Shown in pieces: positions 55,505-63,014 of a DNA stretch of 64,000 bases. This DNA comes from Candidatus Sulfopaludibacter sp. (lineage in GTDB: Bacteria > Verrucomicrobiota > Verrucomicrobiia > Limisphaerales > UBA11358): the NCBI GenBank assembly GCA_035508155.1, contig DATJNM010000074.1, positions 15-64,014 on the forward strand, given 5' to 3'. The notes beneath the pieces were generated by a model. The model saw only the letters and a program-made list of their open reading frames with translations, did not search any database and was not told the origin of the DNA. The position numbers and the translations under genes are program-made. Each line of letters opens with the position of its first letter. Position 1 is the first letter of the stretch.

Positions 55505-56095
55505 CCCTTGCGCGGGTGTTCCGGCAGGTTGTCCGGAAGGCGTCTGCGACAAAGTGTCAGTTTGAGCCGGCACCGGCGGATTCAATCCGCGTTCGAGCAA
55601 CTCGGCCACGTCGCGCTGGACTTCCTCCAGCTGATCCAGCCGCAGTGCCGGGTCGGCAATGGCGAACACGTCGCCGGTCCGGGGCTGCTCGTAAATGAAC
55701 ACGCGCTTGCCCTCCCGCACCACCTCTTCCTTCACCTTGAGGATGCGCTTGCGTTCGAGCATGACGGCGAGGATGTAGCCGGCAGGCGCGTAACGCGGGT
55801 CGTTCTGTTCAATGAGTTTCCGCAGCAGGGTCTCGGCGGTGTCTTTGTGGATCGCGTCCGTGGCCGGCGCGGGCGCTTCATAAATGGTTTGCCAATGGGA
55901 AATGAACCCCTTCCGTTCGCGCGCGCCCTCGCTGAACTGGTTTTGCCAGCACGCTTCGCACACGTCCAGGCGGCGCAAATTCTCCGCGTGCTCGTTAAAG
56001 AGCAGCGTGTGCAGCGTCTGCCGGTCGGCAAACGGCTGTGCGCACGCCTCGCACGCCGAGGCGCGGGATTGAATGTTCCAATCGTTCATGGACAC
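55502..56095 (-). CDS. Hypothetical protein with N-terminal CxxC...CxxC zinc-ribbon-like motif
   Basis: 197 aa with CEACAQPF...CEACWQ. GTG start at 56095 or ATG at 56089. Confidence 0.55.
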   Translation of the reverse strand: MSMNDWNIQSRASACEACAQPFADRQTLHTLLFNEHAENLRRLDVCEACWQNQFSEGARERKGFISHWQTIYEAPAPATDAIHKDTAETLLRKLIEQNDPRYAPAGYILAVMLERKRILKVKEEVVREGKRVFIYEQPRTGDVFAIADPALRLDQLEEVQRDVAELLERGLNPPVPAQTDTLSQTPSGQPAGTPAQG

Positions 56096-56227
56096 GGAAA
56101 TTTAACCACGAATGACACGATTGGACACGAAGAAATTTCCGTTTTGACACGGATTGCACGAATTTTCACCGATGACCAAAAACGGAATTCCCAATTTGTA
56201 TCCGTGTCAATCCGTGCAATCCACGTC
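56091..56227. repeat. Imperfect palindrome (GACACGA / CACGAAT words, ~10-nt spacing)
   Basis: ...CCACGAATGACACGATTGGACACGAAG...GACACGGATTGCACG ... TCCGTGTCAATCCGTGCAATCCACGTC. Confidence 0.7.
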
Positions 56228-56422
56228 TCAACCGGCGAAATCGAAATCCGAGCAGCTCATGAAATAATGGCAGCGCGGACAGCGCAACTTGCATTTTTCA
56301 TTGATCAACTCATGCCCGCATTGCGGACAATAACGCCAGTGCTCGCCGGAAATGTCCTTGTCAGACGGCGGAAGGCTGGTCTTATTTTCTCCGCCTTCAG
56401 GCTTCGTGCGCCGCTCTTTCAT
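56228..56422 (-). CDS. Small zinc-ribbon protein (64 aa)
   Basis: CPQCGH...CKLRCPRCHY. Its ATG overlaps the mutL stop (ATGA at 56419-56422). Confidence 0.55.
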   Translation of the reverse strand: MKERRTKPEGGENKTSLPPSDKDISGEHWRYCPQCGHELINEKCKLRCPRCHYFMSCSDFDFAG

Positions 56423-58392
56423 TGCGTGCGCCCAAATTTTTTCTCCAGTTCGCGGTAATTCATTTCAATCAACGTCGGTCGGCCATGCGGACAGGTGTAG
56501 GGCATGGCGCAATGGCGCAAATCCTCGACGAGATTTTCCAGCTCCGGCCCGGCGAGCGGGTCGTTGGCCTTGACCGCGTGCCGACAGACGGTCTTGGCCA
56601 CGGTGTGCTCGCCCAGCCGCGCCAGGTTGACCTCGCGCCCGGCAGCGCGCAGTTCGTCCACGAGGTCGAATACAAACCGGCGCGGATCGGCGGCCTTCAC
56701 GAACGGTGGCAGCGCGTCGAGCAGGAACGTCCGTTCGCCAAACTCACTCAAGCCGACCCCGAGTTTGGTCAGCACCGCCAGTTGCTCGCGCAGGAACTGC
56801 GCGTCACGCGGTGGCAGCTCGATGGTTTCGGGCAGCAACAGCTTTTGCGACGGCGCGGCGGCGTTCTGCTCAATGCGGTTCATCATTTGCTCGAACAGAA
56901 TCCGCTCGTGCGCCGCGTGCTGGTCCAGCAACACCAGGCCGCGGTCCGACTCCAGCAGGACATAGAGCTTGCCGATGACGCCGACGAGTCGAAGCGGGAC
57001 GTTGAGCAGCGGTGTCACGCCGGTTGAGGGCGCAACGGGTTGTGAAAATGGGAGATCCGGAGTCGGCGCAGGCGTCGCTTTGGAAAACCCCATGCGCAAG
57101 GGTGGCTGTTCGGCCGGTGGTGACGGCCATTCGGGGACCGGCGTGGGCGGCAGAGGAAATTCCGGCAACGACGGCGTGGAAAGCTCCGGTGCCGGTCTGA
57201 TTTCAACCGGTTTTCCGATGGCTTCCGCGGGTTCTTCTCTGCGCGCTTGCGTTTCTGCGCGGGGAATTGATGTTGTCTTCTCCGGCTCAGTGTGAAAGGC
57301 CAGCAAGGTTTCCCTGACTGCCTCGGCAACCCGCTTCCGGATTTCGGATTCGCGATGGAATTTCACCTCGCGCTTGGCCGGGTGAATGTTCACGTCCACT
57401 GCCGCGGGATCAATTTCCAGGAACAGGCAGCAGACCGGATAACGGCCTTTCATCAACGACGTGTGATACCCTTCGATCAGCGCGTAGTTGAGTCCGCGAT
57501 TTTCCACCGGCCGGCGATTGACAAAAACGAACTGGCTGTCGCGGGTCGTGCGGGAAACCCCCGGCGCGCCGATCAAACCCCAGATTCGGAGGTCAAGGGT
57601 CGGTGGCCGGAGGTCGGATTTTTCCGGCGACGACGCCTCAAAAATTTCGGATTCCTCGGGCTTGAAATCCCCGGCCAAGGACGCGGCAAAATCCACGGGC
57701 AAAAGTTTTTCATCGCCGAGCAGGGCGCGATAGCGTTCGCGCAAGGCTTCCTGGCGGCTGGAGACCGACGAGCCGGATTTTTGCGCCGGCAGTTGCCAGA
57801 TGGTGCGGCCGTCCTTTACAAACGTGAACGCGACTTCCGGGTGCGCCAGCGCCGCCAGCGTCAGGTAATGCTGGGCGTGCGCCGCCTCGGTTTCCTCGGC
57901 CCGCAGAAATTTCCGGCGCGCGGGCAGGTTGAAGAAGAGTTGCCGGACCTCGACACTCGTGCCGGGCGCGCTGCCGGCCGCCTTGACCTCGGCAATTTTC
58001 CCGCCATTGACGATGATTTGAGTGCCTTCGGGCGAATTGCCGTCACGTTCCCGCGTTGTCAAAGTAAACCGGCTGACGCTGGCGACACTGGGCAGCGCTT
58101 CACCGCGAAAACCCATCGAGGCGATGGCCGCCAAATCCTCCGCTCGCAGGATTTTGCTCGTGGCGTGGCGTTCCAGGCAGAGCAGCGCGTCGTCGCGGCT
58201 CATACCCGTGCCGTCGTCGGTCACGCGCACGAGACTGCGCCCGCCGGCCTGAATCTCGATGGTGATGCGCGCTGCCTGCGCGTCGAGCGCGTTTTCGACC
58301 AGTTCCTTCACGACGCTGGCGGGGCGTTCGACCACTTCGCCCGCGGCGATCTGGTTGGCGACGTGTTCGGGCAACAGACGGATGCGATTCAT
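56419..58392 (-). CDS. mutL: DNA mismatch repair protein MutL
   Basis: IRLLPEHVANQIAAGEVVERPASVVKELVENALDA...; C-terminal DQHAAHERILFE and CPHGRP motifs. Confidence 0.9.
   Translation of the reverse strand: MNRIRLLPEHVANQIAAGEVVERPASVVKELVENALDAQAARITIEIQAGGRSLVRVTDDGTGMSRDDALLCLERHATSKILRAEDLAAIASMGFRGEALPSVASVSRFTLTTRERDGNSPEGTQIIVNGGKIAEVKAAGSAPGTSVEVRQLFFNLPARRKFLRAEETEAAHAQHYLTLAALAHPEVAFTFVKDGRTIWQLPAQKSGSSVSSRQEALRERYRALLGDEKLLPVDFAASLAGDFKPEESEIFEASSPEKSDLRPPTLDLRIWGLIGAPGVSRTTRDSQFVFVNRRPVENRGLNYALIEGYHTSLMKGRYPVCCLFLEIDPAAVDVNIHPAKREVKFHRESEIRKRVAEAVRETLLAFHTEPEKTTSIPRAETQARREEPAEAIGKPVEIRPAPELSTPSLPEFPLPPTPVPEWPSPPAEQPPLRMGFSKATPAPTPDLPFSQPVAPSTGVTPLLNVPLRLVGVIGKLYVLLESDRGLVLLDQHAAHERILFEQMMNRIEQNAAAPSQKLLLPETIELPPRDAQFLREQLAVLTKLGVGLSEFGERTFLLDALPPFVKAADPRRFVFDLVDELRAAGREVNLARLGEHTVAKTVCRHAVKANDPLAGPELENLVEDLRHCAMPYTCPHGRPTLIEMNYRELEKKFGRTQ
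57581..57620. repeat. Tandem heptamers (plus strand GGAGGTC AAGGGTC GGTGGCC GGAGGTC) inside mutL
   Basis: 7-nt period read directly. It encodes ..KSDLRPPTLDLRI.. Confidence 0.6.
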
Positions 58393-58465
58393 TGTCGGTT
58401 AAACCACTGCAGGGTTGGGGTGTTGCAGCGGGATGTCCAGAGGAATTGCAACTCCACACTGCCGC

Positions 58466-59587
58466 TTATCCCTTCAATGCGTCAACGTCCTTCGCCAAGG
58501 GCAAGGCAAAGGAAAAAATCGCGCCATGGCCCGGTTCACTTCGCGCTGCCAGCCGACCGCCGTGGTCTTCAATGGTTTTTTTGCAAATGGAAAGTCCGAG
58601 ACCGGTGCCGTGGGGCTTGCCGTGCGTGGCGAACGGCTGAAAAAGCCGGTCGGCCATTTCCGGCGCGATGCCGGGGCCGGTATCCTCCAGTTCGGTAATG
58701 ACTTCCTGTTCGCCGCGTCGAAAACGCAGAAAGATTTTGCCGCCCTCGGGCATAACGTCCGCGGCGTTGTGAAGCAAATTAATAAAGACCCGGCGCAGAC
58801 GGCGGGCATCCAGCAGGAGCCGAACGGACGGTGGTTGATTTTGCATTTCGACACGCACGGACTTGATCCCGGCATCCGCATTCAATTCGGGCAACAGTTC
58901 GTTGATGAATTGGTGGTAATCGGCGGGCGCGAGCGCCGTGTGGGTGGCGGCACCCTGCGAGAATGCCAGGATGTCGCCGATCAACTCGTTGATGTGCCCG
59001 ACCTGGTTGCGGATGTAATCGAGCGATTGCGCCTTTTTCTCCGGGACGAGGCCGGGCCGGTCCAATGTTTCCACGGCCAGACTGATGACGGTCAGCGGAT
59101 TCTTCAAATCGTGGAGGATGGCACGGGCAAAGTTGCCGACCACGGCCAGACGCTCGGCCTGAATAACTTCGCGCAGATGCAGTTGGTTGAAATCGCGCAG
59201 GCGCCGGCTGATTTCCTGCAACAGGTTAAAGGCAAGCCCCGGCGACCGCTTGAGCAAGGCGAGCATTTCATCGCGGGGAATGAAATAGACCCGCGTATCT
59301 CCGGCGCCGATGGCGGTGGCCGAACGCGGAAGGTTTTCGATCACGGCCATCTCGCCAAAAATTTCACCGGGCCCGAGCCGGGAGAACACACGGTGTTCCT
59401 TCCCATCCACGAAGTGCGCAATTTCCACCTGGCCGTCGCGGATCACATAGACCCCGTCGCCCGGGTCTCCCTCGCGAAAGATTTCCTGCCTGGTGGCGAA
59501 CCGCCGTTCCTGCGCGATGCCGCGCAGGCTTTGCCATTCGCCGGCATTCAATCCCTGAAAAAGCCCCACTAATTCCAATTCGACCAT
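58466..59587 (-). CDS. Cyclic-nucleotide-binding domain-containing histidine kinase (soluble)
   Basis: N-terminal CAP-type cNMP domain (GEIFGEMAVIENLPRSATA), then H-box ILHDLKNPLT and the N/G boxes. Confidence 0.8.
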   Translation of the reverse strand: MVELELVGLFQGLNAGEWQSLRGIAQERRFATRQEIFREGDPGDGVYVIRDGQVEIAHFVDGKEHRVFSRLGPGEIFGEMAVIENLPRSATAIGAGDTRVYFIPRDEMLALLKRSPGLAFNLLQEISRRLRDFNQLHLREVIQAERLAVVGNFARAILHDLKNPLTVISLAVETLDRPGLVPEKKAQSLDYIRNQVGHINELIGDILAFSQGAATHTALAPADYHQFINELLPELNADAGIKSVRVEMQNQPPSVRLLLDARRLRRVFINLLHNAADVMPEGGKIFLRFRRGEQEVITELEDTGPGIAPEMADRLFQPFATHGKPHGTGLGLSICKKTIEDHGGRLAARSEPGHGAIFSFALPLAKDVDALKG

Positions 59588-59789
59588 AACGTAACTTTAT
59601 GGAAAAGTTTAGCGGCGTAAAGCCTGGAAAGGGGCCGGGGCTGAAATAGTTGCGCCAGTGAACGATAACTTGTTGACAAAGGTTTACAAAAAAGTAACAT
59701 TGATGCATTCGGGTGGCAGTACGTTTCTTCAGCGGGGTTCCCCACCCCCACCTCCTTGGCGTCTGCCGCCCGAATGTTTGTAAAGTCAC

Positions 59790-59818
59790 TTGACGCTCCC
59801 GCAGGCATTTTTTAGCTT
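59790..59818 (+). promoter_or_regulatory. Candidate promoter for tRNA-Asp
   Basis: TTGACG (59790-59795), a 17-nt spacer, TAGCTT (59813-59818), 14 nt before the mature tRNA 5' end. Confidence 0.4.
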
Positions 59819-59832
59819 CGCCGTCCCCGGTG

Positions 59833-59909
59833 GGGGGTGTAGCTCAATTGGTTAGAGCGCTGCCCTGTCACGGCAGAGGTTACGGGTTCGAGCCCCGCCA
59901 CTCCCGCCA
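59833..59909 (+). tRNA. tRNA-Asp (anticodon GTC), CCA encoded
   Basis: Hand-folded. Acceptor GGGGGTG/CACTCCC (one G-U pair), D-arm GCTCAATTGGTTAGAGC, anticodon stem CTGCC/GGCAG with loop CTGTCAC, T-loop TTCGAGC, discriminator G plus CCA. Confidence 0.9.
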
Positions 59910-60254
59910 GTTTTATTTCAATGAACACCGTCGCCGGTTGGCCATTGACCAACCCTGACTTGCCAATACTGGCTGTCTTGTCCGGGTCGGGTTCATCCAG
60001 TGTGCCATAGTCGCCGGTTTTTTTAAGCCATGTTGTTCGGCCGCCGTGGCCAGTCGGAACAGCGCACGCGCACACGCCAGTCCGCCCGGGCAAGCGATTT
60101 CTTTTTTGTTCCTTCCCTGTTCGTTTTAACGTCCGCCTTGTCTCCACGTCGACCTTTAAACCCACATGCCCTTTCGGGCATATTGGTAAAAGGTCCAAAG
60201 ACTTTACAATAGTTCCACGTAGTCAAAGTTGTATTGGTTGTGAAGAAGTTGAAA

Positions 60255-60974
60255 ATGTTGTGCCTCCTCGGAAGGGCTTGGGTGGTTTCGATGGTGATGA
60301 TTCTCCACGCTGTAACCGCAAGTGCCAGTACTGTCATATATCAATTCGAACCGGTTTCTCCCGGCCTGCCTGTCGGCGGCCAGATTCCATGGGTGGAGGC
60401 GACTTTCCAGGACACAGACCCCGGGAAGGTCCTTTTAACCATCAGCACAGCGAATCTGGGCGGCGGCGAATTCCTGGGTGATTTGTATTTTAATTTTGAT
60501 CCGGCAGAGAACGTGAACCGCCTGCTTTTTGCCCGCCGCTACAACCTGCCCGGCCCGCTCTTCTCGGTGGTTTCCACCGGCGACAATTCGTTCAAGCTTG
60601 CCGGTTATGGAGATTATGACATTCAAGTGGCTTTCAGCGGGATCATCCGGGGAAAATCTTCCGGTGCCAGGTGCGTAAGCTACCTGATTTCGGAACCCGG
60701 CCTGGACGCTCTCGATTTTGTATTCGCTGCCCCCTTCGGGACTGCCGGATCGTATGATGCCTTAGCTCGAATTCAGGGAGTCTGCGGCAACAGTTTCTGG
60801 CTGGGTTGTTCTGCCGCTTCATTGCAACCCGTGCCCGAACCGGCTGCGCTCGGGTTGCTTTCCCTGACCGCTGGTCTGGCGTGCGCCCTCTGGCACGGAA
60901 AAAAACAACGTGACCGGGGAACTGAGTGTCGCTCCGACGGGCCGCGCCGCCATTTTTCCAGAGCCGGGGAGTGA
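60255..60974 (+). CDS. PEP-CTERM sorting-domain protein
   Basis: Signal peptide MLCLLGRAWVVSMVMILHAVTASA. C-terminal VPEPAALGLLSLTAGLACALWHGKKQR (PEP motif, TM helix, basic patch) followed by an unusual ~24-aa tail. Confidence 0.7.
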   Translation: MLCLLGRAWVVSMVMILHAVTASASTVIYQFEPVSPGLPVGGQIPWVEATFQDTDPGKVLLTISTANLGGGEFLGDLYFNFDPAENVNRLLFARRYNLPGPLFSVVSTGDNSFKLAGYGDYDIQVAFSGIIRGKSSGARCVSYLISEPGLDALDFVFAAPFGTAGSYDALARIQGVCGNSFWLGCSAASLQPVPEPAALGLLSLTAGLACALWHGKKQRDRGTECRSDGPRRHFSRAGE

Positions 60975-61081
60975 CGGCTGTTGTGGCGGACGAGGTCGCG
61001 GCTTAAGACCGTTCAAGGCTTGAAAAATGGCGGGAGGCGGAACATGCTTGATTTCATCTGAATTGTCCCAGCCATTTTTTC

Positions 61082-62998
61082 TTGCGCTGGCGCCGGAAGT
61101 CGGAAAGGGCTTTGGTGGCGGCGCTGGTTTTCGGTTCGATGTCTTTTGGCTTGCCTGAATGTCAGGCGCAGGCGGCAACCGGGGTGCCCGGCTCGCGGAC
61201 GATACGGGTCTTGATGATCTTCAACGAGGGTACAGACGTACCCGGGAACATCGTGTTGGAACACGCCGTGCGGACGGAGATGCAGAAGGCGGTCACCAAC
61301 CAGATTGAGTTTCTGACCGAATATCTCGACGCCAGCCATTTTTCGGACAAGCAGCACTTTCGCCTGTTCCAGGATTACCTCGGCGGAAAATACGCCGGAC
61401 AAAAACTTGATCTCATCATGGCATTTCCGTCGAGAGACTACCGGCTTGCGGGCGAGTTGCCGGCTGCCCTCTTTCCGGATGTGCCGGTCGTCTTTGTCGC
61501 GATCAACGAGATGGAAGTGCCGGAGGCGATCAGGAAGTTCGGTGTTACCGGGATTGTGCAGCGGTTCGACCTGCGGGGCACGTTGGGGCTGATGATGCGT
61601 CTGCAGCCGGACACGCGCCGCATCGTGGTGATTGGAGGCACATCGGACGTGGATCGCGCGACCCTCGGCCGGATTGGGGAGGCGTCGCGGGCTCTGGAGG
61701 GAATCGAATTCGATTTCTGGACCAACCGGCCGGTGACGGAATTGCCGGAAGCTGTAAAGTCGTTGCCCGAAGGTACGGTGGTTTTGATCAGTACGGTTGT
61801 CCGCGATGTAAGTGGCCAGACCTATTATATGTCGCAACTGGCGCAAATGCTGGCGCCTTCGGCCAGCGTGCCGGTGTACGCGCTGGGGGCATGGGTGCTG
61901 GGCAGCGGGGCGGTGGGCGGGTCGGTGGTGGATTCGGAAGATTTGGGCACGCGGGCGGCGGATCTGGCGGTGCGCGTACTGAACGGCACAAACCCTGAAA
62001 AACTGCCCATTGAGGTGGCGACGAAGGGAACGCCGATGGTGGACTGGCGCGCACTGGAACGCTGGGATATAAAACAAAGCCGGTTGCCGGCAAACTGCGT
62101 GATTCGCTACCGCCCGCACTCAGTGTGGGAGCAACATCGGGCATTAATCATGTTTGTCGGGGCGGTCTTGCTGGCGCAAGCGATAACGATCGCGGCATTG
62201 CTGGTGCAACGGCGGCAACGCCGCCGGGCGGAACTGGAAATTCAACGACAACGGATGGAACTGGTGCATGTGGCAAGAGTTTCGACGGTGGGCCAATTGG
62301 CGTCGGCGCTGACTCATGAACTGAACCAGCCGCTCGGTGCCATTTTGCGGAACGCGGAGGCGGCGGAAATCTTTCTTCAAAACCACCAGCCCAACCTGGA
62401 CGAAGTCCGGGCAATCCTGGCTGACATCCGCCGGGACGACAAACGGGCTGGAGATGTGATTGACCGGATGCGGACTTTATTTAAGCGGCGGAAGCTGGCG
62501 TTGGATCGTTTGAATCTGCCCGATCTCGTTGCCGATACCGTTGTTCTGGCGAAACCGGACGCCAATACCCGCCAAATCCAATTAACCGTGCAAATCTCAC
62601 CCCAATTGCCGGCGGTACGGGGAGACCGGGTGCATTTGCAGCAGGTACTCCTGAACCTCATCCTGAACGGCATGGATGCGATGGATGCCCTGCCTCGATA
62701 TCGGCGGTCGTTGGTTGTGCGGGTGGGCGAGACGGAGGCGGGAGATGTGCAAGTGGCCGTAAGCGATTGCGGGATGGGCATTGCCCCGGACGCAGCCGCC
62801 CACATTTTTGAACCGTTCTTTACCACAAAGCCCGATGGCATGGGCATGGGACTGGCCATTTCACGGACCATCATTGAAGCCCATGGCGGGAACATCCGGG
62901 TGGAGGAGAACGCGTCGCAAGGAACCACGTTCACGTTCACCCTGCCGCGGGTGAAATCGGAGCGGGCGCCGGATGGCGGCTTGCCAGCGACCGGTTGA
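61082..62998 (+). CDS. Sensor histidine kinase with periplasmic substrate-binding-protein-like sensor domain
   Basis: About 300-aa periplasmic domain, one TM helix, H-box LASALTHELNQPLGAI, then N/G boxes (LNLILNGMDAM...DCGMGI...GMGLAIS). TTG start, uncertain. Confidence 0.8.
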   Translation: MRWRRKSERALVAALVFGSMSFGLPECQAQAATGVPGSRTIRVLMIFNEGTDVPGNIVLEHAVRTEMQKAVTNQIEFLTEYLDASHFSDKQHFRLFQDYLGGKYAGQKLDLIMAFPSRDYRLAGELPAALFPDVPVVFVAINEMEVPEAIRKFGVTGIVQRFDLRGTLGLMMRLQPDTRRIVVIGGTSDVDRATLGRIGEASRALEGIEFDFWTNRPVTELPEAVKSLPEGTVVLISTVVRDVSGQTYYMSQLAQMLAPSASVPVYALGAWVLGSGAVGGSVVDSEDLGTRAADLAVRVLNGTNPEKLPIEVATKGTPMVDWRALERWDIKQSRLPANCVIRYRPHSVWEQHRALIMFVGAVLLAQAITIAALLVQRRQRRRAELEIQRQRMELVHVARVSTVGQLASALTHELNQPLGAILRNAEAAEIFLQNHQPNLDEVRAILADIRRDDKRAGDVIDRMRTLFKRRKLALDRLNLPDLVADTVVLAKPDANTRQIQLTVQISPQLPAVRGDRVHLQQVLLNLILNGMDAMDALPRYRRSLVVRVGETEAGDVQVAVSDCGMGIAPDAAAHIFEPFFTTKPDGMGMGLAISRTIIEAHGGNIRVEENASQGTTFTFTLPRVKSERAPDGGLPATG

Positions 62999-63014
62999 AA
63001 CGTAAATTGAAGCC

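Noticed and set aside
2409-56227. Calling all intergenic palindromes rho-independent terminators.
   Set aside because: Most lack a 3' T-tract and many sit between co-directional, probably co-transcribed genes or 5' of genes. Only four hairpins with a clear T-run (6842-6872, 26226-26260, 39367-39402, 45497-45530) were called terminators.
59833-61081. tRNA-Asp followed by a gene-poor stretch that looks AT-richer by eye and a PEP-CTERM gene, as a possible integrated island.
   Set aside because: No integrase, no phage or plasmid genes, and no direct repeat of the tRNA 3' end (…GGTTCGAGCCCCGCC…) were found downstream in the window.
8130-62119. Many long ORFs antisense to, or out of frame with, confidently assigned genes. 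Examples: 8130..8966, 11859..12617, 16256..17323, 17226..18104, 19273..20763 (496 aa), 22544..24379 (611 aa), 24521..25396, 36059..37033, 39913..40872, 41250..42218, 42896..44095, 44096..45016, 51154..52623, 53002..54189, 55508..56458, 57292..58698, 58415..59572, 61013..62119.
   Set aside because: Each overlaps a gene with clear family motifs on the other strand or frame. Their translations are Arg/Gly/Ala/Pro-rich low-complexity sequence, typical of shadow ORFs in GC-rich DNA, and none shows a recognisable motif.
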